The notes beneath the pieces are model-generated. The model was not told the DNA's origin. It saw only the letters and a list, made by a program, of their open reading frames with translations, and did not search any database. The position numbers and the translations under genes are program-made. From Bdellovibrionales bacterium (GTDB lineage Bacteria > Bdellovibrionota > Bdellovibrionia > Bdellovibrionales > UBA1609), in the NCBI GenBank assembly GCA_965200875.1, contig OZ241456.1:1728001-1792000 (forward strand): DNA of 64,000 bases. Direction: 5' to 3'. Below are positions 8,922 through 18,187 of the stretch, piece by piece (position 1 is the stretch's first letter; the number at the start of each line of letters is the position of its first letter).

Positions 8922-10718
8922 TTAAAATTTGTTTTCCGTAAAAGGCTTCACCTTCAATATTAGATGACTACAGGACAAAACTTTTACCTTATCCCCTTTT
9001 TTTACTGTTTCTTGGCATTCAAATCGCCAATTTTCTCCATTCACGAACAGCAATCCACTGGAGCTATCTTCATTGACATGAACCACTTCCGCAGGCGGAG
9101 CACTTGGATCCATAAAATCATCAATGATTTTTGGTTTTTTTCTTTTGAATGTGCTCAAAGCCAGATAAGTAACAGTGCCCATAAAAAGGGCGAACAAACC
9201 AGTAATGGAAAAAATAAGAGAAACAGGAATATCCACTCCTCCGGTTTTAGCCGGATCAAACAACAAAAAACTGCCTAGCAGAAAAGAAACGACAGCTCCC
9301 GCACCAAATATACCAAAACCGGATATAAATAATTCTGCCAGACACAAAATAACGCTGAGTAACAATAAAATTAGGCCGGCCCAAGAAAAATCCAGTTTGT
9401 GCATTCCCACAAAGGAAATCACCAATCCTATAGCTCCAAGCACACCAGGAGCACCCAAACCCGGATGCGTTATCTCGTAATATAGTAAAAACAGGCTTCC
9501 GGTGAATAGAATATAAATAATTTCCGGGGCCAAAATCAGGGAAACAAGCTGATAACGAAATCCCAGAGGGAGTGGCATAATTTCCCCCACCTGCACTATA
9601 TTTTGTTTTCCGTCTCTGACAATAACCTTTCGCCCTTCAGCAAATTGTAAAAAATCCCGCTTTGTTTTTCCCACAAAATCAATACCTCCTTCTTTTTTAG
9701 CTTCTTTGGCACTAAGGGCTTTGGCTTCAGTAACAATTTCCCGGCCAAACTTTTGACTGCGCTTTCTCAGTTGGGTGAGAGAATCCAGCCAGGAAACAGT
9801 GTCATTAATCAGTTTTTTTCTTAAGTCCTTTGATATTGCCCGTCCTCCACCCGCAATGGGGGTAGCCGCTCCTATATTAGTGGCTTCAATACCACCATTG
9901 ACATGGCAGGCTTGCATGATAATGGCTCCAGCACTTCCTGCGTGCGCGCCGGCTGGATGTATCAAACACAGGACCGGAAAATCCGTGTTTAAAATGCGAT
10001 CCACGATTTTCCGAGTGGTGAACAATAATCCTCCGGGGGTATTAATAAGGAGAAGCAAAGCCGAACAATTTTTTTCGTTTACTGTATGGATAGCTCGGTC
10101 AATTATATCCAAAACAACCGCTCCAATCACTCCTTCTATTTTAAGCTCCACTGTGCAGGGGTTTCTTTTTTGTGTGGTACTCGCGCTTTCTTTGATTCTG
10201 CTTTTCCTTTTTGAGAAAGAAAGTCTTTCAGCAGTATCATCATCAAAACGACTTTTTTCACTGTATGCTCTTTGTTTGTTTTCTTCTTTATGGCCCGGGT
10301 TTTTTGTTGCTAGGCGATCAGAAAACACTGTTTTATTGTTCTCAACTTTTTGTTTGTTCTGTTGTTTTTTTCTTTCGCCGGTGTTTTTGTCAGCATTTTT
10401 CTTTTGGGAATCGAATGGATAAGGTTGTAGATCCTCCCAAAGCTTTTTTATCAGCTCTCTTTTGATAGAAAATAAACCCTGTGGTTTCTTTTTATCAGAT
10501 TGTTCTTTTGCAGGCTCTTTTGTTTGGATGTGCTCTGGCTTTGAAAGTGGCTTTGAAAGCTCTGCTTTATTTGAATCCAAAAATAAATAATTTGACAATT
10601 TGTCAAAAGCCAGACCAGACGGATTGAAAGCAAGCCAAGCTGTTAGGATGCCTGTCATAAAAAGAAACAACCCGGATGTTTTTATATGGTGACGACCCTT
10701 TTTTCGATAATTTTTCAT
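8922..10718 (-). CDS. nfeD: NfeD membrane-bound serine protease (long form) with a Lys-rich N-terminal extension
   Basis: ClpP-like domain 'INTPGG', 'AGSAG', 'IGAATPI'; TM region 'YYEITHPG'; C-terminal OB fold 'VNGENWR'. Confidence 0.88.
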   Translation of the reverse strand: MKNYRKKGRHHIKTSGLFLFMTGILTAWLAFNPSGLAFDKLSNYLFLDSNKAELSKPLSKPEHIQTKEPAKEQSDKKKPQGLFSIKRELIKKLWEDLQPYPFDSQKKNADKNTGERKKQQNKQKVENNKTVFSDRLATKNPGHKEENKQRAYSEKSRFDDDTAERLSFSKRKSRIKESASTTQKRNPCTVELKIEGVIGAVVLDIIDRAIHTVNEKNCSALLLLINTPGGLLFTTRKIVDRILNTDFPVLCLIHPAGAHAGSAGAIIMQACHVNGGIEATNIGAATPIAGGGRAISKDLRKKLINDTVSWLDSLTQLRKRSQKFGREIVTEAKALSAKEAKKEGGIDFVGKTKRDFLQFAEGRKVIVRDGKQNIVQVGEIMPLPLGFRYQLVSLILAPEIIYILFTGSLFLLYYEITHPGLGAPGVLGAIGLVISFVGMHKLDFSWAGLILLLLSVILCLAELFISGFGIFGAGAVVSFLLGSFLLFDPAKTGGVDIPVSLIFSITGLFALFMGTVTYLALSTFKRKKPKIIDDFMDPSAPPAEVVHVNEDSSSGLLFVNGENWRFECQETVKKGDKVKVLSCSHLILKVKPFTENKF

Positions 10719-10742
10719 AATATCAAGCCTTTAAACATTACA

Positions 10743-10798
10743 TAGTCCGCCGTGAAAAACCCATAGTGTTTCAATTATCAATACTTTTTCACGGACTA
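10743..10798. repeat. Palindromic dispersed repeat (copy A)
   Basis: tagtccgccgtgaaaaa...tttttcacggacta inverted repeat; shares 'gtgaaaaaccc...ttcaattatca' with 51931-51983. Confidence 0.6.
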
Positions 10799-10928
10799 CT
10801 ATTTAATATTTTAACATATTTTTTTTCAAAACACTTATGAAAATTGTTGAAAAAAACAAGCTTCTTTCAAAGACTTGCTTTTTATACAGCTTAAAAATAA
10901 AGTAACATTAGATATTGAATGATCTAGG

Positions 10929-11738
10929 TCATTTTTTCCCGGCTTTTTTTCCACCGATTTTTTTATTCACGCTTTTTCTTTTGGACTTCTTTTTAGCAAC
11001 ATTAAAGCGACTGATAATTTCTTCCATCTTTGGACCGGTTACAGATTTTGTGTGATTATGCTCTCTTATGAAGCATTGATCATCCACATAGCTGATTTTG
11101 GCCTGTGATTCAATTTTTAAACGAATAACAGAAAGCCCTCGATATTTGATGGTGTCCATATTTCTTAAGATACTTGATTTTAGGTGTATGGATTGCACAC
11201 TACTTCTTCCAATAATTGTTTTTTGCAAAGTTTTAGGTTTTTTGCTCCCTTCTCTTACTATTTTATTAATAAGACCAAACAAAGTTTTTATTTCCTGTCT
11301 CAGTTTTTGACTGTCGTATTTCCTGAGTTTTTTTTCTATGTTATTTGCCTCTTTTGTACCACTGTATAAGGCATCCAACTTTTGTTTGCTTCTCTCAAAA
11401 GGTGTTTCCAATAAAACACTTGCCAGAATATCCGCAATCATTTCTTCATCATCGCTTTGCCTCATCTGTTTTGTAGAGAGAATTCCATGATGACACCATA
11501 AAGTGTCTTCCGCACTGATTTTATATCCATGCGATTCTTTTTTTGTGTCAATACTTATGACTGGCATATTAAAAAGCTAAGGAAGGGGGTAGCCCAAAAG
11601 TATACTGTCAATCAATTTTTGTTTTTCATCTACAGTCCAAACAAGTTTTCTCTGATAACGGCGATTAACCAACAACTTTCCATCTCTATACCAAGTATAG
11701 GCTTCCTGTATACTTGAACCTCTAGGTGTTATACTCAT
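10929..11738 (-). pseudogene. Internally deleted DUF262 (GmrSD-like)-AlbA/Schlafen fusion remnant
   Basis: AGGAG RBS, then ATG 11738 reads MSITPRGSSIQEAYTWYRDGKLLVNRRYQRKLVWTVDEKQKLIDSILLGYPLP (DUF262 N-terminal YQR..VW...LIDSIL motif). In-frame TAG at 11577-11579, after which the same frame continues as ORF 10929..11567. Confidence 0.7.
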
Positions 11739-11796
11739 AGCGTGCTCCTGTTATTATCACTTTTTCATATTGTGTAAAAATTTAAAAACTTTCAAG

Positions 11797-12288
11797 TTAA
11801 TTTTGAAAGAAAGTTTGCCGGAGAAGATTCCAAGCCTGTTGTTTGGTGTTTTGTATTTTCAGTGAGTCTTTACCTGTAAAATCACTTAGCGGATTTAACA
11901 CACAGCCAGGAACAGATAAGGTCTCTTTCGCATTAATGGATACCGCTTGTGTGATTTTTTTGTTTATCAAAGAATAACCCAAGTTCGCCCCAAAAATCAC
12001 AAAACCTCTGGGAAGAAAACGAGTAAGCAGGTTATCCAACATGGCTTTTTCCAAATGAGTTTGGTTTAACACTTCCAAAATCAGTGCCTGAGAAGAACCG
12101 ATGGCTTTTGCCATTTTTTGAATCAAATGTTTTTCTTCCACGCTCTTCACTGGATCGCAAAAAAACAGGAAGTCAGCTTTTGTTGTTGAGTTGTTTAGCA
12201 GGCGATAGACCGAACGCAAAGCCTCAGGCTGAATAACGGAGGAAACTCCCAAAACAGTACGTACATAATAAAACTGTAACGCATTCAT
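11797..12288 (-). CDS. Hypothetical protein (possibly a degenerate uracil-DNA glycosylase family-4-like fold)
   Basis: 163-aa ORF downstream of nrdB; 'LIQKMAKAIG', 'PRGFVIFG' and 'KQQAWNLL' resemble family-4 UDG segments, but no catalytic motif was recognised. Confidence 0.45.
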   Translation of the reverse strand: MNALQFYYVRTVLGVSSVIQPEALRSVYRLLNNSTTKADFLFFCDPVKSVEEKHLIQKMAKAIGSSQALILEVLNQTHLEKAMLDNLLTRFLPRGFVIFGANLGYSLINKKITQAVSINAKETLSVPGCVLNPLSDFTGKDSLKIQNTKQQAWNLLRQTFFQN

Positions 12289-12320
12289 TCACATAACCTT
12301 TTTTAATTGCGAGTAAAACT

Positions 12321-12547
12321 TCTTGGTCAAGGTCACTGGCCTTTTAACCACCGATTTAAAATATCTCTTGGTCAAGGTCACTGGCCTTTTAACCACCGAT
12401 TTAAAATATCTCTTGGTCAAGGTCACTGGCCTTTTAACCACCGATTTAAAATATCTCTTGGTCAAGGTCACTGGCCTTTTAACCACCGATTTAAAATATC
12501 TCTTGGTCAAGGTCACTGGCCTTTTAACCACCGATTTAAAATATCTC
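12321..12547. repeat. Perfect tandem repeat, 5 x 45 bp
   Basis: Unit tcttggtcaaggtcactggccttttaaccaccgatttaaaatatc starts at 12321, 12366, 12411, 12456 and 12501; the last unit overlaps the nrdB stop codon. Confidence 0.97.
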
Positions 12548-13534
12548 ATCGAAGGCAACTTCTCCTTTTATGCCTACTTGATAGGCAGAGGGTTTTCTCT
12601 CAAAGAAGTTGGTCAGCTCTTGCGTGTCCTGAAGATCCATGAAACTAAACGGGTTTCGAGCTTTGAATTGAGGAGGTATACCCAGTTGCTCCAAACGCGA
12701 ATTAGTAATATACTGAAGATAGGTTTTCATATCTTTCAAGCTAAGCCCCACCACTCCACGCTCTAGGATCTCTTCAGCAAAAGAGAGTTCACAGTCAATG
12801 GCCTCATGGAACATGGCTATAATCATATTATTCATGCTGGGATGAAAAATATCCGGCTGTTCTTTTCTAGCCACTTCAATAACTTTGAAGGCAAATTGAA
12901 TATGAAAGCTTTCATCCCGAAAAACCCAGTTAGTACCTGTAGCCAGTCCGTTTAACAGACCTTTGGAGCGTAAAAAATAAACATACGCAAAAGCCGCGAA
13001 GAAAAACAAGCCCTCAATAGCTCCGGCAAAACAAATCAGGTTCATCAAAAAGCGTCTTTTATCTTCCAGAGTTTCCAATTTTTTTAATTGCTCTATAGTG
13101 TCCATCCATTTAAAGCTAAAATCCGCTTTTTTCTTAATGGAGGGAATCTCATTGATGGCAGAAAAGGCTTTTGCCCTTTCGCTGTGATCAGGAATATAGG
13201 AGTCTAGGAGAGTTAGATAAAATTGTACATGAAGCATTTCCTCATAAAGCTGGCGACCCAGATACATACGAGCTTCCGGGGAGTTAACATGCTTGTATAA
13301 ATTCAAAACCAGATTGTTTCCTACAATGGTGTCACCAGTGGCAAAAAAGGCCACAAGCCTTTGAATCAGAAATTTTTCATTGGGACTCAGTTTTTCATTC
13401 AAGTCCCCAATGTCCGGGCTGAAATCCACTTCATCCACAGTCCATGTATTTTTAATGGCATTTCTGTACATTTCGTAAAACACAGGATACTTCATAGGTC
13501 GCAAAGTCAGTTCGAAACCAGGATCCAATATCAT
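12536..13534 (-). CDS. nrdB: Ribonucleoside-diphosphate reductase class Ia beta subunit
   Basis: 'FFATGD', 'EEMLHVQFY' (radical Tyr), 'IEGLFFF', 'RDESFH', 'NFFERKPSAYQ'; AAGGAGG RBS before ATG 13534. Confidence 0.95.
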   Translation of the reverse strand: MILDPGFELTLRPMKYPVFYEMYRNAIKNTWTVDEVDFSPDIGDLNEKLSPNEKFLIQRLVAFFATGDTIVGNNLVLNLYKHVNSPEARMYLGRQLYEEMLHVQFYLTLLDSYIPDHSERAKAFSAINEIPSIKKKADFSFKWMDTIEQLKKLETLEDKRRFLMNLICFAGAIEGLFFFAAFAYVYFLRSKGLLNGLATGTNWVFRDESFHIQFAFKVIEVARKEQPDIFHPSMNNMIIAMFHEAIDCELSFAEEILERGVVGLSLKDMKTYLQYITNSRLEQLGIPPQFKARNPFSFMDLQDTQELTNFFERKPSAYQVGIKGEVAFDEIF

Positions 13535-13565
13535 TAAAGAGCCTCCTTTATATTTGAGTTTAATA

Positions 13566-16043
13566 TCATTGGCAAGCCTCACATATTTCCGGGTTTTCCA
13601 AGTTCAAGTCAGGACCACCAGATTGTGTGTCATATCCGGCGTTGCCATTTACGGTAACTTTACTGATACCGGTAGCCGGACGGGAGCGAAGATAATATGT
13701 GGTTTTAACACCTTTTTTCCACGCGTACATATACATACTGGAGAGCTTTCCTATGGAAGGGTTTTCAATAAACAAATTCAGGGATTGGCTTTGATCCACA
13801 AAGGGTGCTCTCGCCACACAAAGATCAATCAGGGCTTTTTGGGAAAGCTCCCAAGCTGTTCGATACACTTTTTTTATGTCATCTGGGATTTCAGGGATAT
13901 TTTGGATAGAACCTTCATTGACTTTTATGGCTTGCCGGATTTTTTCCGTCCAAAGACCTTTTTCCCTCAAGGCCGAAACCAAGTATTTATTAATCTGAAT
14001 AAACTCCCCAGATAAAGTCTCCCTTTTGAACAGGTTGGACACCTGAGGTTCAATAGCTTCATATACTCCTGTTATGGAGGCTATGGTGGCAGTGGGAGCA
14101 ATGGCGATAAGAAGAGAGTTTCTAAGTCCGTGTTTTTTAATTCTTTCTTTCAATAGGTCCCATCTGGCTTTATCAGTGGGTTTTTCACGCCATAAGTCAA
14201 ACTGCAATACACCAAGGCTTGCACGGGTATCCTCAAAGGCCGGATGAGGACCTTGTTTTTCACTTATTAGGCAGGAAGTATTAAGAGCGTGATAGTAAAT
14301 TTCTTCCTGAATACGAGCCGATAGGGAAATAGCCTCTTCAGAGTCAAAAGGAATGTTTAATTGAAAAAACAAATCCTGCAATCCCATTACACCAAGCCCC
14401 ACCGGCCTCCATTTTTTGTTGGACGAAAAGGCGTGTCGAATAGGATAAAAATTAATATCAATAACCCGATCTAGAAACAAGATAGCTTTTTCAACCGTGT
14501 TTTGAAGTTTTTCCCAATCCACTTTTTTTTGAGGATGGTAGTGATTTTTCATATTAATGGACCCTAGGTTGCAAACGGCTGTTTCGTTTTTAGAAGTCAC
14601 TTCCAAAATTTCTGTGCAGAGGTTGGATAAATGAATAATATTTTCTTTTTTTAAAGTTTGATTGGACTTTTTGTTACTTTGATCTTTAAAGGTCATCCAG
14701 CCATTTCCCGTTTCCGCCAGAGTTCTCATCATGCGGGAATAAATGGCGCGGGCAGGCACTTGGCGCAAAGCCAAACCCTTTGCTTCCGCGGTTTCGTAAA
14801 TTTTTTCAAACTCCTCACCAAAAGTGTCTGTAAGTTCGGGCACAGTCTTGGGATCAAACAAAGACCACATTTCGTTACCTTCCACCCGTTTCATAAAGAG
14901 ATCCGGAATCCAATTTGCCAAATTAAGATTATGGGTTCTTTGATTTTCATCTCCCGTATTATTTCTTAGCTCCAAAAACTCCTCTATGTCAGGATGCCAA
15001 GGCTCCATGTAAATACAGGCCGCGCCTTTTCTTTTTCCCCCTTGATTGACAGCAGCTACGGAGGAATCCATTGTTTTTAAAAAGGGCACAATCCCTTTGG
15101 AGTGGCCATTAGTACCTTTTATGAGGGATCCTCTGCAACGAATCCGGTTGAAGGACACACCAATACCTCCTGCAAATTTTGAGAGAAGGGCAATATCTTT
15201 ATACTTATCGTAAATGGAGGAAAGGTCATCTGCTGGAGAGTCCAACAAATAACAGGAAGAAAGCTGAGGCAGGTTTGAAGCGGAATTAAATAAAGTGGGT
15301 GAGCTAGGCATGTAGTCTAATTGAGATATTAACTCATAAAACTCCTTGGCTTCCTTAAAAGTATTGGAAAGCCCGCAGGCCACCCGCATAAAGAAATATT
15401 CGGGGGTTTCAATGACTTCCCTAGTTTCCAGATGTTTTAACAGATAGCGATCATAAAGCGTGCGAATACCAAAATATTCCAGTTTCCGGGAGCGATTTTT
15501 ATCCACAACGATATTAAGTGGTTCTTTATGCTCTTTTACAAACTGGTAGGCGGTTTTTGAAATAAGGCCACATTTATACCCGGCTTTTATGGAATCAAAA
15601 AAGTTTTGGATGTTTTGGTTTTGCACTTCTTCATCAATGTATCGAACCATCAAACGAGAAGCCAGTTTAGAGTAATTAGGATCCTCAACGATAAGCAGGG
15701 AGGCGGTTTGAATGCAGAGTTTGTCCAGTTCTTTTGTAGTGGCACCATCGTATAAGCCACTGATGACTTTAGTGGCCACTCTCATAGGATCCACTTCTTT
15801 CAGATGAGAGGCACAAGCTAAAACTACATTTATGATCTTATTGACATTAACTGGCTCTAGGTCTCCGTTCCGCTTTTTTACGCGCATAACTTTGGGACCA
15901 ACAGATTCATCAGTTTCAGGTTTGCTCTTCACTTGTTTTTCCTTTGTTGCCGGCCTTGTTCGCTTATGATTTTCTGGATTTTCCAGGTCAGATTTTTCTA
16001 AAGTCGCACTTTTCCCGGGTTCTTCCACATTTGTTGTATCCAT
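13566..16043 (-). CDS. nrdA: Ribonucleoside-diphosphate reductase class Ia alpha subunit with ATP cone
   Basis: ATP cone 'VKKRNG', 'SPTLFN', 'QLSSCYL', 'SNLCTEI', 'IAPTATI', 'KTTYYLR', C-terminal 'CEACQ'. Confidence 0.97.
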   Translation of the reverse strand: MDTTNVEEPGKSATLEKSDLENPENHKRTRPATKEKQVKSKPETDESVGPKVMRVKKRNGDLEPVNVNKIINVVLACASHLKEVDPMRVATKVISGLYDGATTKELDKLCIQTASLLIVEDPNYSKLASRLMVRYIDEEVQNQNIQNFFDSIKAGYKCGLISKTAYQFVKEHKEPLNIVVDKNRSRKLEYFGIRTLYDRYLLKHLETREVIETPEYFFMRVACGLSNTFKEAKEFYELISQLDYMPSSPTLFNSASNLPQLSSCYLLDSPADDLSSIYDKYKDIALLSKFAGGIGVSFNRIRCRGSLIKGTNGHSKGIVPFLKTMDSSVAAVNQGGKRKGAACIYMEPWHPDIEEFLELRNNTGDENQRTHNLNLANWIPDLFMKRVEGNEMWSLFDPKTVPELTDTFGEEFEKIYETAEAKGLALRQVPARAIYSRMMRTLAETGNGWMTFKDQSNKKSNQTLKKENIIHLSNLCTEILEVTSKNETAVCNLGSINMKNHYHPQKKVDWEKLQNTVEKAILFLDRVIDINFYPIRHAFSSNKKWRPVGLGVMGLQDLFFQLNIPFDSEEAISLSARIQEEIYYHALNTSCLISEKQGPHPAFEDTRASLGVLQFDLWREKPTDKARWDLLKERIKKHGLRNSLLIAIAPTATIASITGVYEAIEPQVSNLFKRETLSGEFIQINKYLVSALREKGLWTEKIRQAIKVNEGSIQNIPEIPDDIKKVYRTAWELSQKALIDLCVARAPFVDQSQSLNLFIENPSIGKLSSMYMYAWKKGVKTTYYLRSRPATGISKVTVNGNAGYDTQSGGPDLNLENPEICEACQ

Positions 16044-16330
16044 GTATTTTCCTCTTTGAAAATCTTTGTATGCTTATACACTATATGCTTATGGAGTGTC
16101 TTCATAAGAAACACTGCGACACCTAAAAAATAACTGGTAAAAAATCCAGATAATAAATTTTATAACGCTGGCCGTAATCATTTGACAAATCCATTTTTGT
16201 CGGGAAGAGGAAAATACAGACCAATGATAATTGAAAAAGTCTTTCACCTATTGCTATCACTTGATTTTTTTATAATTTTCCAAGGACTAATTGCAAGGTT
16301 TTATAACGAAAAAATAAAGAATGAAAGAAG

Positions 16331-16444
16331 CACTTTACCAATACTCAACGCGAGGCGAGTTCGGCTTTGAGCACACCGCGACTGAAAGACGCGTGTGTGG
16401 CAAAACGCATGTTTGAGACCGAGCGGTGAAGTATTGGTAAAGTG
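16331..16444. other. Structured intergenic element: long stem closing two short hairpins (copy 1)
   Basis: Perfect 15-bp inverted repeat cactttaccaatact / agtattggtaaagtg encloses a core (16366-16414) that recurs at 26078-26127. Confidence 0.7.
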
Positions 16445-16534
16445 TACTCCCCCACTAAACGGACTTATTTAGGACCGATTAAACATAGGACTTTCAATTT
16501 TTCCAGAAAGATCAAATAAACAAATTTACAAATC

Positions 16535-17950
16535 TCATGGAGGGGTGGATTCCTGTAGGTTTTCCACGATAGCCGGCATATTTTCTTTTAATCCCTTTTT
16601 TTTGATTTTTTCCAATAGAGTGGTGCGATTCAGCTTTAAAAGCTTGGCCGCCTGATTACGATTCCATTTTGTTTTTTCCAGAGCTTTTAAAATTATTTTA
16701 TTTTCAAAGTGATTGACAGTGTTGTTGAAATCTAGGCCGGTTTCAGGAATATCCATGACTTCTTGGGTATCCTGATGAGGGGATTGACGATATTTCAGAG
16801 GTAGATCTGTGTCCTGTACAATATTATCCTTATTCAAAACACAAAGCCGTTCAATCATGTTTTCTAGCTCTCTGATATTTCCCGGCCATTCATACTGGCA
16901 TAAATTATTTATAGCGGATTCCGACAAACCTTTGAATTTATTGAACCTGTTTTTGTTAAAGCTTCTTATAAAATAGTCAATTAAAAGGGGAATATCCTCT
17001 GTTCTCTCTCTTAGAGGTGCTATGGAAAGAGGAATAACATTCAGACGATAATATAAATCTTTTCGGAAAGTGCCTTTTTTTACAGCCTGTTCCAGATCTT
17101 CGTTGCTGGCAGAAATAATCCGCGCTTGAGATTGAATAATAGAGTCCCCTCCCACTGGCTGAAACTCTTTTTCCTGAAGAACCCTGAGAAGTTTCACTTG
17201 TGTGGATAGATCCATAGTGCTGATTTCATCTAGAAAAAGAGTGCCCCCCTCCGCCATTTGAAAGCGTCCGATACGATCTTTTATAGCACCAGTGAAAGAA
17301 CCTTTTTTGTGGCCAAATAGCTCACTTTCCAGAAGATCTTTGGGAATGGCTCCACAATGCACAGGAATAAAAGGCCCTCGACTGAGTGGGGAATTAAAAT
17401 GTATGGATTTGGCAACCAGCTCTTTTCCAGTTCCGCTTTCGCCTGTAATGAGTACGGTGGAACAGGAGTGGGAGATTTTTTTTATCATCTCCAGTAAATT
17501 AAGAAGGAGTCGGCTTTGCCCGATAATCTGATCAAACCGATATTGTTTTTTCACGCAAGAACGTAGCTGAGCGTTTTCTGTTTCCAGCTGGGATTGAAAC
17601 AAAGCTTTTGAACATAAATTGATAATTTCTCCAATATTAAAAGGCTTTGTTATAAAATGAAACGCCCCTTTTTTCGTAGCTGATACAGCCAGATCAATGG
17701 TTCCATAGCCAGTCATTACAATCACCTGTGTATTGGAGTTTCTTTCTTTTATGGGCTTCATTAATTCCAAACCATCTCCATCCGGTAATTTCAAGTCCAG
17801 CAGAACAATATCAAAGCTGGCATTTGCAGGGAGTTTATGAAAAGCTTGTTTTGAGTCCAGTTTTACAGTCAAATACCCATGATGCTCCAAGGTTTTGGAA
17901 AGAGATTGGCTGAGTGTATTTTCGTCATCAATAATCAGAATTTTTTTCAT
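16535..17950 (-). CDS. Sigma-54-dependent response regulator (NtrC/AtoC family)
   Basis: REC domain; AAA+ 'GESGTGKE', 'ESELFGHKKGSFTGA', 'LFLDEI', 'WPGNIREL'; Fis-type HTH 'NRNQAAKLLKLNRTTL'. Confidence 0.95.
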   Translation of the reverse strand: MKKILIIDDENTLSQSLSKTLEHHGYLTVKLDSKQAFHKLPANASFDIVLLDLKLPDGDGLELMKPIKERNSNTQVIVMTGYGTIDLAVSATKKGAFHFITKPFNIGEIINLCSKALFQSQLETENAQLRSCVKKQYRFDQIIGQSRLLLNLLEMIKKISHSCSTVLITGESGTGKELVAKSIHFNSPLSRGPFIPVHCGAIPKDLLESELFGHKKGSFTGAIKDRIGRFQMAEGGTLFLDEISTMDLSTQVKLLRVLQEKEFQPVGGDSIIQSQARIISASNEDLEQAVKKGTFRKDLYYRLNVIPLSIAPLRERTEDIPLLIDYFIRSFNKNRFNKFKGLSESAINNLCQYEWPGNIRELENMIERLCVLNKDNIVQDTDLPLKYRQSPHQDTQEVMDIPETGLDFNNTVNHFENKIILKALEKTKWNRNQAAKLLKLNRTTLLEKIKKKGLKENMPAIVENLQESTPP

Positions 17951-18187
17951 GGCGACTTTTACTTTAAAAAAACTATTTTTGTTGCTCTAAATATAAAGAT
18001 TAAATGAGTTTCGGTTTCTTCACTATGTATCATCTAAAAATCTGGACTGGTCGCCCGCCTCAGACTTCCGATCGTTTAAACTTCAGTCAGTTAATTGTCT
18101 GGTTTTTTTCAAATTATCAGACTTTTGGTGCTAATACTTTCCACGAAAGAATAACATTCCCAAAAAAAAAAGCGATCTCAAAAAATA

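Noticed and set aside
12321..12547. CRISPR array
   Set aside because: Units are identical and head-to-tail with no unique spacers, and there are no cas genes in the window.
12307..12766. Plus-strand repeat ORFs (111 and 147 aa)
   Set aside because: They are open only because the 45-bp unit lacks stops in those frames, and they run antisense to nrdB.
16078..16093. NrdR box upstream of nrdA
   Set aside because: acactatatg matches only half of the palindromic consensus and no convincingly spaced second box was found.
16366..16414. Hammerhead ribozyme or c-di-GMP riboswitch
   Set aside because: The CUGA-like segment is not conserved in copy 2 and the required core motifs and topology are absent; kept as an unknown structured element.
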